A stretch of 64,000 bases of DNA from Polyangiales bacterium (GTDB lineage Bacteria; Myxococcota_A; Polyangia; Polyangiales; Polyangiaceae): assembly GCA_038230375.1 (NCBI GenBank), contig JBBRNJ010000016.1, positions 59,175 to 123,174 on the forward strand, in the 5' to 3' direction. Shown here piece after piece: positions 29,022 through 39,057 of this stretch (position 1 is its first letter; each line of letters begins with the position of its first letter). Made by a program: the position numbers and the translations under genes. The notes beneath the pieces are model-generated. The model ran no database searches. It worked only from the letters and a program-made list of their open reading frames with translations, and was not told the origin of the DNA.

Positions 29022-29362
29022 CCCGCACCCGCGCGCGCGCCTTCATCGTCACGTGGACGCTCGCCGTCACGGCCGTGGTCTGTGCGTTCGTGGTGCACCT
29101 CGCGCTGCGCGGCCGCACCGTGCAGTTTGGCTACGACCTGGGCAAGGCGCGCGGAGAGCAGGCTCGTCTGCGTGAGGTGAAGCGTGTGCTCGAGGTGGAG
29201 GCCGCGAGCTACAAGACACCAGAGCGCGTGGAGATGGTCTCGCGCTCGCTGCTGGGGATGGAGCCGCCCACGTCGGATCGCATCGTGCCCATGGGCCCGG
29301 TGGCCGCGGATCCGGACGAGAAGCCCCTCATCCAGGGCAGCCAAGCGAGCAACAAGCCGTGA
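29018..29362 (+). CDS. ftsL: Cell division protein FtsL
   Basis: Single TM plus coiled coil, located between rsmH and ftsI. Confidence 0.8.
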   Translation: MTRTRARAFIVTWTLAVTAVVCAFVVHLALRGRTVQFGYDLGKARGEQARLREVKRVLEVEAASYKTPERVEMVSRSLLGMEPPTSDRIVPMGPVAADPDEKPLIQGSQASNKP

Positions 29363-31425
29363 GGAACCTCTCCGAGTCGAGAGCAAAGTGGATTCGCCTG
29401 CGCATGGGCATCCTGTCCGGGCTCATGGCGCTCGGGCTCGGCGCGTTCGTGTCGTCCGCGTATCGCGTGCAAGTGGAGGACGCCACGAGCTGGCGCGAGG
29501 CCGCGGAGAACCAGCGTCAGCGTCGCCTCCACGTCGAGCCGAAGCGCGGCACCGTCTACGATCGCAATGGTACGTCGCTCGCCGTCAGCGTGGAGGTCCC
29601 GAGCGTGTCCGCGGACGTCGTCGAGCTGCTGCGCGGCAACGATCCGAAGGACCGCGAGCCCACACTCCGTGATGCCGCCGCGCGCATCGGAAAAATCCTG
29701 GCGATCGACGCGAACGACATCTACGACAAGCTCGCGCAGAAAAAGCGCTTCGTCTGGTTGAAGCGACGCATCTCCAGCGAGGAGGCCGTCGCGATCCGTG
29801 AGATCTCCGACCCGAAGAAGACGCCGCATCCGCTGAAGGGCCTCACCATCGACGGCGAGGGTCACCGCTACTATCCCGGCCGAGAGCTTGGCGGGCCCGT
29901 GCTCGGCTTCGTGGCGCCTGACGGCTTCGGCAAGGACGGGCTGGAGCTTGCATTCGACGAGGAGCTCCGCGGTCACGTCGAAGAGGTGAAGGGCGTCCGC
30001 GATCGCACCGGTCGCCTCATCTTCTCCGAGGGCACCACGGACGAGTCCGCGCTCGCAGGTCACGACGTGACGCTCACGCTCGACGAGGGCATCCAGCATG
30101 TGGCCGAGCGCGAGCTCGACGCCGCGCTCCACACGTACGAGACCAAGGGCGCGTCGCTCGTCGTGCTCGAGCCCAACACGGGCGAGATCCTCGCGGTCGC
30201 CACGTCCCCCGGGTACAACCCGAACGACTACGGCGCCTCTGAAGTCGACTCGCGCCGCGACCGCGCCATCACGGACCGCTTCGAGCCCGGCTCCGTCATG
30301 AAGGTGTTCACGGTCTCCGCCGCGCTGGCCGCTGGCTCGCTGCATCCGAACGACACCATCTTCTGCGAGCACGGCACGTACAAGCTGGGCAACGTCACCA
30401 TCCACGACACGCACCAGAACGACTGGCTCACGCCCACGCAGATCCTCGCGAAGAGCTCGAACATCGGCTCGCTCAAGATCGCGCTGAATCTGGGCGAAAA
30501 TGGCCTGTATTCTTCGTTCCGTCGCTTTGGCTTCGGTGAGCCCACGGGCCTGCCGCTTCCCGGTGAGGCCGCGGGCGTGCTGCGCCCGAAGGGGCGTCCG
30601 TGGTTCGAGGTGGAGACCGCGAACGCGTCGTTCGGTCAGGGCATCAGCGTCACCACCGTGCAGCTCGCGGTGGCGATGGGCGCGATCGCGAACGGCGGTC
30701 GTCTCATGGAGCCGCTGCTCGTGCGCAAGGTGACCGACGCGCGCGGCAACCTGATCCGCGAGAACACGCCGCACGTGCGACGCGAGGTCATCCCCGCGAG
30801 CGTCGCGCACATGGTCGCGGAGATGCTCACTGCAGTCGCCGAGGACGGCGGCACTGGCGTCGAGGCTGCGGTCGACGGCTATCGCGTCGCGGGCAAGACG
30901 GCCACCGCGCAGAAGGTCGATCCGGAGACCGGCAAGTACTCCGAGGACAAGTACACCGCATCCTTCGTTGGCTTCCTTCCGGCTGACCATCCGCGCCTCG
31001 TCATCGCAGTCGTCCTGGACGAGCCGATGATCGGTCGCTACGGCGGCGATCTCGCCGGACCGGTATTTCGCCGCGTGGCAGAGGCCAGCTTGCGCGCGCT
31101 CGGCGTCATGCCCGAGGGTGGCGGCAAGCTCGCGAAGGTGTCACGCGCGGACGATCCAGCCGACATCACGCTCGCCGTCATGAAGCCCAAGCCAGAGGCC
31201 GTGGCAGCACCGCAGCCGGCGCCGATCGGCCCGCCGCTTCCGTCCAACGTGAAGGTCCCGGACATCACGGGCATGGCCGCGCGCGACGCCGTCCGCGCCG
31301 TCACCGCGGCAGGCCTGGTCCCGGAGATCGAAGGCTCGGGCAAGCTCACCCGCCAGGAACCGCCGCCAGGAACGCAGGTCCCAAAGGGCACGAGCGTCCA
31401 TCTCGTCTTCGAGGTCGGCTCGTAG
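29359..31425 (+). CDS. ftsI: Class B penicillin-binding protein FtsI (PBP3) with C-terminal PASTA domain
   Basis: RGTVYDRNG, RYYP, EPGSVMK (SxxK), SSN (SxN), GKTATAQ and VKVPDITGM. Confidence 0.94.
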   Translation: MRNLSESRAKWIRLRMGILSGLMALGLGAFVSSAYRVQVEDATSWREAAENQRQRRLHVEPKRGTVYDRNGTSLAVSVEVPSVSADVVELLRGNDPKDREPTLRDAAARIGKILAIDANDIYDKLAQKKRFVWLKRRISSEEAVAIREISDPKKTPHPLKGLTIDGEGHRYYPGRELGGPVLGFVAPDGFGKDGLELAFDEELRGHVEEVKGVRDRTGRLIFSEGTTDESALAGHDVTLTLDEGIQHVAERELDAALHTYETKGASLVVLEPNTGEILAVATSPGYNPNDYGASEVDSRRDRAITDRFEPGSVMKVFTVSAALAAGSLHPNDTIFCEHGTYKLGNVTIHDTHQNDWLTPTQILAKSSNIGSLKIALNLGENGLYSSFRRFGFGEPTGLPLPGEAAGVLRPKGRPWFEVETANASFGQGISVTTVQLAVAMGAIANGGRLMEPLLVRKVTDARGNLIRENTPHVRREVIPASVAHMVAEMLTAVAEDGGTGVEAAVDGYRVAGKTATAQKVDPETGKYSEDKYTASFVGFLPADHPRLVIAVVLDEPMIGRYGGDLAGPVFRRVAEASLRALGVMPEGGGKLAKVSRADDPADITLAVMKPKPEAVAAPQPAPIGPPLPSNVKVPDITGMAARDAVRAVTAAGLVPEIEGSGKLTRQEPPPGTQVPKGTSVHLVFEVGS

Positions 31426-31435
31426 CCCGCCTACG

Positions 31436-32248
31436 TCACTTCGTGTCGCAGACCACGTCGTCCACGGCAGCGCGCCACCCCGGGTTGTCGGTGTTGGTCT
31501 CCAGGCCGAAGTGAACGGTCCCGACGCTGAACGGGCCCGCCGGCGGAATTCCGGCGTCAGTCGTGATCGGCACAACCACGCCGTTCGCCCACATCCGAAG
31601 CTTCGGGAGCTCGAACTCGATCTTGTTCCACACGCCGGGGCCGATCGGGACGTAGGCCAGGTTGGGCTGCGGTCCCTGCTCGACGAACGCGGGGAGGCTG
31701 TCGTTGCCCGGACGAAGGTCGAGCGTCATGGCGTAGTCGCCGCTCGCGCCAGTGAGCTCCGCGCGGAACACGGAGGCATACGCCCCAGGCGCCGCCTTCA
31801 CGAAGTAGGAGAAGGAGCAGTGGATGCTCTGGAGCGGTCCCGTGAAGCTCTTCTTCAGGTAGTAGAAGTCCGTCCCGCCGTCGTTCTGGCCGATCACGAG
31901 GGCGCGTGTGCCCGAGGTCGCGCCGAGCTCGGTGCCGATGGTGTGGAACGCCACGCCTTCGTCGGCGCCCCAGAGCGGGCTCACGAACGCCGGATTGCCG
32001 CGCTCGAAATCATCACAGAGCGCATGCGAGCCAGTGCATGGTGTTGGCCCGCCACCAGCGTCTTTCGCGCTCGCCGCGCCGCTGTCGCTCATGCCGCCGT
32101 CGCTCACGGCGCCGTCGCTCATGTCGCTGGAGCCTGCATCCTTCGCGGGATCATTCGATGACGATCCGTCGGAGCCGCCGAACGCCCCGCATTGCGCGAG
32201 CACGAGCCCCGCGGCTCCGAGAACGAGAATGACTGCGCCCCGACCCAT
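31436..32248 (-). CDS. Hypothetical lipoprotein with a beta-rich domain
   Basis: VLAQC lipobox-like, DAG/DGG linker and LCDDFE motif. Confidence 0.7.
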   Translation of the reverse strand: MGRGAVILVLGAAGLVLAQCGAFGGSDGSSSNDPAKDAGSSDMSDGAVSDGGMSDSGAASAKDAGGGPTPCTGSHALCDDFERGNPAFVSPLWGADEGVAFHTIGTELGATSGTRALVIGQNDGGTDFYYLKKSFTGPLQSIHCSFSYFVKAAPGAYASVFRAELTGASGDYAMTLDLRPGNDSLPAFVEQGPQPNLAYVPIGPGVWNKIEFELPKLRMWANGVVVPITTDAGIPPAGPFSVGTVHFGLETNTDNPGWRAAVDDVVCDTK

Positions 32249-32285
32249 GCACCGAGCGTAGCGGACCGGCTCCGTTGCAGCAGCG

Positions 32286-32723
32286 CTATTTCGCGCGCAG
32301 GACCTTGATCGCGGCCTGGACGTCTCCGCCGGGGACGGTGAGCCCCAGCGTCTTCAGGTGCTTCATCGCCACGCCCGTCGCCTGACCGTCGTTGCCCGCC
32401 GCGCCGATCGCGTCCCTCACTGCGGTGAGATGCGTGACGATCTCGTCGGTGGTGAGCGCCTTGGGTAGCAGAGTCGCGAGGATCTCGTTCTCCTTGGCGA
32501 GGACCGCCTTCGCGGCCGCGTCGGCCGTTGCGGTGAGCGTCTCCTCGTTCGACTTGATCAGCTTGCGAACGATCTGGGAGACCTCCTCGTCGGTGATGTC
32601 CTTCCCCGCGCGCGCCTCCGCGGTCTGGATCTCGCCGAACGTGAGCCGCAGGATGTCGCGCTCCGCCTCGCGCTTCTCCTTCATCGCAAGGTTGATGCGC
32701 TTCTTGATCTCGTCTTTGAGCAT
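32286..32723 (-). CDS. GatB/YqeY domain protein
   Basis: LKDEIK....AMK...ILR...DEEV....RKLIK...E..IL..LLPK.L pattern. Confidence 0.85.
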   Translation of the reverse strand: MLKDEIKKRINLAMKEKREAERDILRLTFGEIQTAEARAGKDITDEEVSQIVRKLIKSNEETLTATADAAAKAVLAKENEILATLLPKALTTDEIVTHLTAVRDAIGAAGNDGQATGVAMKHLKTLGLTVPGGDVQAAIKVLRAK

Positions 32724-32799
32724 GAGCGCAGTCTAGTCGAACTCGGGGTACCGCGCGCTAGAGTGCGCGGCGCTTCCGCAGGATCTCCAGCGCATCCCC

Positions 32800-33585
32800 T
32801 CACATCTGCGGATTCGTGCAGTAGCCACCGCCCGGCATCTTTGCGGCAGACTCGCACTCCTTCGTCGGAAGGCAGACAGCGTAGTACGAGTTCACATCGG
32901 CTTGCGCGTCGGGCTCGGTCTGCCAGGCGAAGCATGCCTGGCCGCCGGGACAAGCCTCTTTCGAGCTGCAACCGTGGCCGGTTGTGGGCACGCAGAGTCC
33001 TATCGGATGAAGCGGCGAGCGGCCAGTACAAGTGCGATCAGGAGCGCAGGCTGCGCAACTCCCGCCGCAGCCTTGCGCGCCACCTGGGATGGTGCACGAG
33101 GGAATGGGTGGTAGCGCATCGCCTGTCCATGCGCTGAAGTCGGCGTAGCGAAGCCGACCACCACCACCGTTGGCGGCGAAGAGAGGGCCCACTTCGAATG
33201 GCAAGTGCGAGAGAACCCGTGGGTCCAAGAGTTGGACGTACACGCAGTCGTCGCTACAGAGCCCTGGCGTGCCACTGAGGTCCGGAGAAATACAAAGGCC
33301 AAGCGAGTACGCGTCCGTGAACATGTCGCTGATCGCCAGCGAGCAGTCGTCGCAGAGCGCTCCGCCGTCGGGGAAGCAATGATATGGGCCCCCGCAAACG
33401 GCGATCCCAGTGGGTGATGCGCAGACACCAGCGTCCGCAATCAGCGCTGCTAGCGAACCGCTGTCCTCGGGGCCGCCTTCAGAGGTTGGAGCGCTCGGCT
33501 CACTTGCGAGGAGTCCGCAGTGCACGAGGGCTCCAGTGAGGCTCGCGACACCAAGGACGAAGGTGAGTGTTCGGACAATGCGCAT
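32800..33585 (-). CDS. Cys-rich hypothetical lipoprotein with atypical codon usage
   Basis: LVHC lipobox-like; many Cys; visibly more A/T than flanking genes. Confidence 0.6.
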   Translation of the reverse strand: MRIVRTLTFVLGVASLTGALVHCGLLASEPSAPTSEGGPEDSGSLAALIADAGVCASPTGIAVCGGPYHCFPDGGALCDDCSLAISDMFTDAYSLGLCISPDLSGTPGLCSDDCVYVQLLDPRVLSHLPFEVGPLFAANGGGGRLRYADFSAWTGDALPPIPSCTIPGGAQGCGGSCAACAPDRTCTGRSPLHPIGLCVPTTGHGCSSKEACPGGQACFAWQTEPDAQADVNSYYAVCLPTKECESAAKMPGGGYCTNPQM

Positions 33586-33600
33586 TCCGTGCTTCTCAGC

Positions 33601-34238
33601 TCAGTGAGCCGAGCTCCCGCAGCCTCTACCGCCGCCACCACAGATGGTCCCAACCGCGCTGAACGGCATGATGTCGAGCGTGGGGGCAGGAGATCCACTC
33701 GCGCAGTCGACGGTGACTTGCGCACGGGTGTTCCCAAGCCGGCACCCGGCGGTCCGAACGGCCGCTGAACCGCTTCGGGGAACGGCATCGCGACGGCGTT
33801 GGGGAGCGTGACGCCGTTCGGCACGTCGCATTGCCACGAGGGCGCAACGTCGAATGGAGTGACCGTAGCTACAAGAAACTCCTGCGTGGTTTGGAGGACG
33901 TCACCGCCGCCGATAGCCTCTAGCGTCGCTTCGTACTCGTTCGGATCGCGGGCCATCACGAGCGTCTCCTTCTGCGCGAGGACTGTCGAGAAGTTGTCCG
34001 AGTATGCCACCTTCGGATGCGAGACCCTAAACGTCGTCAGGGGCACGCTGCTGCCGAGGCTCTCCTGATTGAAAGCCTCTTCCTTCCGCGGATCAAGGAC
34101 GGACTTGAAGCGGACCGTTCCGCAACGCGCGATCATCAACCGTGCGGGGTGATTCCAGATGTCCAGTGCGCGACGGAACGGCCTAAAAACCAGGGGCGCG
34201 GACCGATCTGCTGTTGTCCGATGCGAGCGACGCCTCAT
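33601..34238 (-). pseudogene. Probable degraded gene remnant
   Basis: Protein-like text (KEEAFNQESLG...VTPFDVAPSWQC) has no good start and appears to continue in another frame (GCRLGNTRAQVTVDC...) to a stop at 33601. Confidence 0.35.
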
Positions 34239-34251
34239 TACCGCTCAAGCG

Positions 34252-35418
34252 TTAAGAGCCGTCTGGCTCCAGCTTCACCAGGTTCTGGGCGAGCGCTGCG
34301 AGGCCGCGGAGGTCCTCGATCGCGCCGCCGAGATGCGGCGTTGCGATCGCGGCGTCGTTGCCGGTCTGTGCTCTGAGGTCCAGCAAGAGCCGACGGTCAC
34401 GCTTCGCGCGGGCCGTCTCCTCGGCCGCGAGGACCTGCAGCTTGGGGAGCGCGGTGTGGAGCGCGGGGTCCACGGAGTCCCCCAGTGTGATCGCGGAGGG
34501 CGCGCCGAAGCCACGCGTGTACGCCCAGCTTCGGTTCAGCACGTAGCCCGCGAACGGGAGATCCAGCTCCGCTATCTTGCTCTTGAAGAAGGAGGCCTCC
34601 GCCAGCGCCGACGGCTCGGGGCTGGTCACGAGCACGAAGGTCGCCTCTTCACTGGTGAGGAGCGTACGCACCGCCTCGGCGTGTGAACGCATGCCGCCGA
34701 ACATGCCACTGAAGGCGCCCAGGAACTGCTGCAGCTCCTGGTAGAAGCCCGCGCCGAAGATGCGCGTGAAGACGGTGTCGATGAGGCTGGATGCAGCGGC
34801 CCAGAACGCGCCGCGCTTCTTGGGCAGGAACACGCCGATGACGCGCTCGTCCAGGAACATGGAGAGCTTGCGCGGCGCCTCCAGGAACTCCAGCGCGTTG
34901 CGCGACGGCGGCGTGTCCAGCACGACCAGGTCGTAGTTGCCCTCCGTGGAGAGCCGGTAGAGCGCCTCTGCAGCTGTGTACTCCTGCATGCCGGCGACGA
35001 TCTGCGACAGGTGCTTGTAGAGCCGGTTCTGCAAGATGGTCTGCGTGCGCTCCTCGCTGTCCGACAGGCCGCGCACCATGGACTCGAACACGACCTCTGG
35101 CCTGAGCATCCACGCCCACAGCTCACCGTTGGCCGGGATTCCAAGCTCCGTGAGCTTCTCGCGCGGAACGGGCGACGGCGTGCGCGCTGCCTCGGGGATG
35201 CCCATCGCCTCTGCCAGACGCCGCGCCGGATCGATCGTGAGGACGAGCACCTTGCGGCCACGCGCCGCTGCCGCGACACCCAGCGCCGCGGACGTGGTTG
35301 TCTTCCCCACGCCGCCTGCACCGCAGCAGACGATGACCTTCTTCGTCGAAACGAGGGCGTCCAGGAAGGTGGGCTCGTGCACGATCACAGGGGGGAAGTC
35401 CGGGGGTCTCTGGCTCAA
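34252..35418 (-). CDS. ArsA/GET3-family ATPase, second of a tandem pair
   Basis: CCGAGGVGKTT, LTIDPARRLA and VLDTPP. Confidence 0.9.
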   Translation of the reverse strand: MSQRPPDFPPVIVHEPTFLDALVSTKKVIVCCGAGGVGKTTTSAALGVAAAARGRKVLVLTIDPARRLAEAMGIPEAARTPSPVPREKLTELGIPANGELWAWMLRPEVVFESMVRGLSDSEERTQTILQNRLYKHLSQIVAGMQEYTAAEALYRLSTEGNYDLVVLDTPPSRNALEFLEAPRKLSMFLDERVIGVFLPKKRGAFWAAASSLIDTVFTRIFGAGFYQELQQFLGAFSGMFGGMRSHAEAVRTLLTSEEATFVLVTSPEPSALAEASFFKSKIAELDLPFAGYVLNRSWAYTRGFGAPSAITLGDSVDPALHTALPKLQVLAAEETARAKRDRRLLLDLRAQTGNDAAIATPHLGGAIEDLRGLAALAQNLVKLEPDGS

Positions 35419-36371
35419 CGCCGCGCCTCGTGATCCCCGACGGGGGACACAGCCTCTTGCGCGAGCGTTTGGGCAAACGTCTGAGCGATATGCATGGTGA
35501 GGTCCGGCCCCGCGTGCAAGGTGTCGGGGAGCTCCGTGACGTTTGTCTTCACGCCCGTGGCGAATCGAGAGCGTGCGACATCCGCGCGCGCGATGCGATC
35601 AAGGGTGCGCACGCCCATCGTGGGCGGCAGCGAGGCCATGAGCTCCGCCATGGCGCGGCGCTCGTCGCCGGTGAACGGATCGTTGGGCACGCGGTTCAGG
35701 AAGGCGTGGCGCAGCGGGATCTGGTGCTCGCGGATGCCTGCCGCGAGCTCGATCGCCTCGCTCACGGGCAACGTCTCCGGCAAGGTCACGATGACCGCGC
35801 CCGACTTCTCCGGATCCAGCAGGAACGCGAGCCCTTCCTTCACGGCGTTCGCGATCGGACCCACCTGGATGATGCGCAGCAGCGAAGAAGGGATCTGCGC
35901 GAGCGCGAGCGCGTGGCCCGTAGCCGGCAGGTCAACGACGATCATCTCGTGCTCCCAATCGCCGTCCGAGCGGGTCTGGCGCACCAGGTCCAGGAGCCTG
36001 TAGAGTACACCCATCTCTGGGAACGTGGGTGCGGCCATCAGGAAGCGCCGGATGGCGGCGGAGCGCATGGCCGCGTCCGCCAGGAGCTTCATGGGGAGCA
36101 CGTCCTCGAGAAACTTCTTGTGACCCAGTGTGGGAGCCAGCAGGGTCGCGCGCAGGTTCTCGCGGACATCGATGGGCGTCTCGGACAGCCCTTCGACGCC
36201 GAGCGCAGCGCCCAGCGCAGATGTGCTGATTCCGTCCGCGGTCATCTCCGCGGCGAGCGTCCGCTTGCCCATTCCCGCGAAGGTCTGCGCCAGGGCGGCG
36301 GTGATGGTGGTCTTTCCCACGCCACCCTTGCCGGTGACCAAGATCGCGCGGAGCGAGAGCAGCGACTTCAT
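35415..36371 (-). CDS. ArsA/GET3-family ATPase, first of a tandem pair
   Basis: TGKGGVGKTT, VDLPATGH and VTLPETLPVSE. Confidence 0.9.
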   Translation of the reverse strand: MKSLLSLRAILVTGKGGVGKTTITAALAQTFAGMGKRTLAAEMTADGISTSALGAALGVEGLSETPIDVRENLRATLLAPTLGHKKFLEDVLPMKLLADAAMRSAAIRRFLMAAPTFPEMGVLYRLLDLVRQTRSDGDWEHEMIVVDLPATGHALALAQIPSSLLRIIQVGPIANAVKEGLAFLLDPEKSGAVIVTLPETLPVSEAIELAAGIREHQIPLRHAFLNRVPNDPFTGDERRAMAELMASLPPTMGVRTLDRIARADVARSRFATGVKTNVTELPDTLHAGPDLTMHIAQTFAQTLAQEAVSPVGDHEARR

Positions 36372-36460
36372 GCAACGCTGGCCATACTACGCGGAATCGG
36401 GGGCTGGTGGGCGCGCTTCCTCGAAGACACCACGCGATCGTTTCCGCTATTGTCGGAGGC

Positions 36461-37498
36461 ATGCGCAAGCTGCATGTGCGAGCACTTCGGAGCCATCTCG
36501 GTGCCAGCGCCCGGATGCTCCTCATGGGAGCGCTCATGTGTGTCACGGGGCCAGCCCTTGCGGCTGGACCGGCGGAGGCCGTCGCGCAGGAGCACAAGCA
36601 GGCGTGCATCACGGCGTCGGAGAGCGCGCAGCAGCTGCGCATGGACGGCAAGCTCGTCGAAGCCCAGAAGCGTCTCGTGGAATGCGCGTCGGATGCGTGC
36701 CCGGGCGCCGTGCGCGCGGACTGCGCGTCGTGGCTGTCGCAGGTGAATGCACTGATGCCGTCGATCGTGCTGGTGGCGCGCGACGGCACGGGTGAAGACC
36801 TTGCTGACGTGAACGTGACGATGGACGGAAAGCCGTTTGCGACGAAGCTGGATGGCAAGTCGCTCTCGGTCGGTCCGGGCGAGCACGTGTTTCGTTTCGA
36901 GCGAGCCGGCGAGGCACCCGTCGTGAAGAAGGTGATCGTTCGCGAGGGCGAGACGGCGCGGAAGGTCGAGGTCACGCTGGGCGCACACGCGGCCGTAGGA
37001 ACCGCGTCGACCAGCGACGAGCCCAAGAAGAGCACCGGCCCGGGCGTGCTGCCGTGGATCATCGTGGGCGTGGGCGGCGCGGCGGTCGCCACGGGGCTGG
37101 TGCTCTACTTCGTGCCGGGGCAGAGCGTTCCGCCCGATTGCGGCAATGGTACTTGCAAGAACCACTTCGACAATGGAACCCTCAACGCCAGCCCCATCTC
37201 TGCTGTCACCGATCCGACGACCGGTAAGCCCCAGCCGTGTGCGACGAATCCGGTCCTCAACGGCTGCTCTCAGAGTGCGACCAACAGGCAGCGGCAGAGC
37301 GATGCGGGCGCCGCGAACGGCTGGAAGGTGATCGGTCTAGGCACCGCGATCGCCGGCGGTGTGATCGCCGCGGGAGGTCTGGTCTACTACTTCGTCGCGC
37401 GCCCGAAGGCTTCGACCGAGACCGTGAGCAGCGGCGCGTGGGTCGTCCCGTTCATGACGGAGACGACGCGTGGAGCGGCCCTCGGAGGGACATTTTGA
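36461..37498 (+). CDS. Secreted PEGA-like protein with C-terminal membrane segment
   Basis: Signal peptide; C...E.AQ.LR..GKL..A...C....CP..V..DC motif; V.MDG...VGPGEH; ends LGGTF. Confidence 0.7.
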   Translation: MRKLHVRALRSHLGASARMLLMGALMCVTGPALAAGPAEAVAQEHKQACITASESAQQLRMDGKLVEAQKRLVECASDACPGAVRADCASWLSQVNALMPSIVLVARDGTGEDLADVNVTMDGKPFATKLDGKSLSVGPGEHVFRFERAGEAPVVKKVIVREGETARKVEVTLGAHAAVGTASTSDEPKKSTGPGVLPWIIVGVGGAAVATGLVLYFVPGQSVPPDCGNGTCKNHFDNGTLNASPISAVTDPTTGKPQPCATNPVLNGCSQSATNRQRQSDAGAANGWKVIGLGTAIAGGVIAAGGLVYYFVARPKASTETVSSGAWVVPFMTETTRGAALGGTF

Positions 37499-37527
37499 GT
37501 GTCGGTGATCCGGGGGTGGTGGCGCCC

Positions 37528-39057
37528 ATGCGCGTCTCGGAGATCGCCCGGGAAATTCCGGGTCAAACGGAGATCACGGGAGACGCCGCCGCGCTCGTGT
37601 CCGGCGTGCATCACGACTCGCGGCGCGTGAGCCCAGGCGATCTGTTCGTGGTCAAGAAGGGGCAGACCAGCGACGGGGCACGCTTCGTCGCGGCGGCCAC
37701 GGAGCGCGGCGCATCCGCACTGCTCGTGGGTCGCGAGCACGCCGCTGACGTGAGCTCCGAGCTCCCGCGCATCATCGTGAACGACGTCGCGGCCGGTCTT
37801 GCGTTCGCGGCCGCCGCTGTCTACGGGCATCCCGCGTTCGGGATGGACATCACCGGCATCACTGGCACGAACGGCAAGACCACGACCAGCTACCTCCTCA
37901 GGGCCGCCGTTGACGGCGCCATCGGTGAGCCGCGCTGCGGGATCATCGGGACGGTGGGTCACGTCTTCGGAGGCGAGACGCTCGACGCGTCGCACACCAC
38001 GCCAGAGGCGGACGAGCTCGCGCGGGTGATGGCGCGCATGAAGGACAAGGGCGCGCGGCACGTCGCCATGGAGGTGTCGTCGATCGCGATCACGCTCGGT
38101 CGCGTGCGGGCCGTGCGCTTCCGGGTGGCTGCGTTCTCCAACCTGACGCAGGATCACCTGGATTTTCACGGCTCGATGAAGGCCTACGGCGAGGCGAAGA
38201 AGGCGCTCTTCACGGAGCTGGCGCCGTCGGTGGCCGTCGTGAACATGGACGACCCGTTCGGCGAGGAGATCGCCCGCGCCGCGCACGGCATCGTTCTGCG
38301 CGTCAGCGGCAAGGGTCGGAAGGACGCTGACATCGCGGTGCTGTCGACCGAGATGACCATCCTCGGGCTCACGGCAAAGGTGCGCACGCCGTCCGGCACG
38401 ATCGACCTGGCGTCTCCCCTGACGGGCGCGCACAACATCGACAACCTCGTGCTCGTCCTTGGCTGCGTGCAGGCGCTCGAGCTGGACGTCGCGCGGGCCG
38501 CTGCGTCGCTCGCGCGAGAGACAGGGGCACCTGGACGGCTCGAGCGATGCGATCAGGATGGAGATCCCGCGGCGGTCTTCGTGGACTACGCGCACACGCC
38601 CGACGCGCTTGCACGCGTGCTCACGGCGGTGCGTGCATCCTGCACGGGACGCGTGCTCTGCGTGTTCGGCTGCGGTGGCGACCGCGACGCCGGCAAGCGC
38701 GAGCCCATGGGCTTCGAGGCGGCCTCGCGCGCGGACGTTGCGATCGTCACGAATGACAACCCGCGGACGGAGGACCCGGAGGAGATCGCGCGCGCTGTGC
38801 TCCTCGGCGTCTTGCGCGCGGAGAAGCCGCTGGTGTCCGCGGAGGACCTCCGCGCGGGCGGAAGCGGCGCGATCGCCGTCCTCGATCGCAAAAAGGCGAT
38901 CGAGCTCGCGATCGAGAGCGCACGCCGCGGTGACGTCGTGCTCATCGCCGGCAAGGGCCACGAGCCGTACCAGATCATCGGCCAGGAAAAGCGGCACTTC
39001 GACGATCGCGAAGAGGCGCGCCGCGTGCTGGCTCGGCTCCGGGGCGTCAGCGGATGA
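37528..39057 (+). CDS. murE: UDP-MurNAc-Ala-Glu:meso-DAP ligase MurE
   Basis: TGTNGKTT, TTPE, DHLDFH, VDYAHTPD, DNPR (DAP specificity) and AGKGHE. Confidence 0.96.
   Translation: MRVSEIAREIPGQTEITGDAAALVSGVHHDSRRVSPGDLFVVKKGQTSDGARFVAAATERGASALLVGREHAADVSSELPRIIVNDVAAGLAFAAAAVYGHPAFGMDITGITGTNGKTTTSYLLRAAVDGAIGEPRCGIIGTVGHVFGGETLDASHTTPEADELARVMARMKDKGARHVAMEVSSIAITLGRVRAVRFRVAAFSNLTQDHLDFHGSMKAYGEAKKALFTELAPSVAVVNMDDPFGEEIARAAHGIVLRVSGKGRKDADIAVLSTEMTILGLTAKVRTPSGTIDLASPLTGAHNIDNLVLVLGCVQALELDVARAAASLARETGAPGRLERCDQDGDPAAVFVDYAHTPDALARVLTAVRASCTGRVLCVFGCGGDRDAGKREPMGFEAASRADVAIVTNDNPRTEDPEEIARAVLLGVLRAEKPLVSAEDLRAGGSGAIAVLDRKKAIELAIESARRGDVVLIAGKGHEPYQIIGQEKRHFDDREEARRVLARLRGVSG

Noticed and set aside
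34252..36371. Arsenic resistance operon
   Set aside because: No ArsB/Acr3, ArsC or ArsR genes; the pair fits the GET3-like type.
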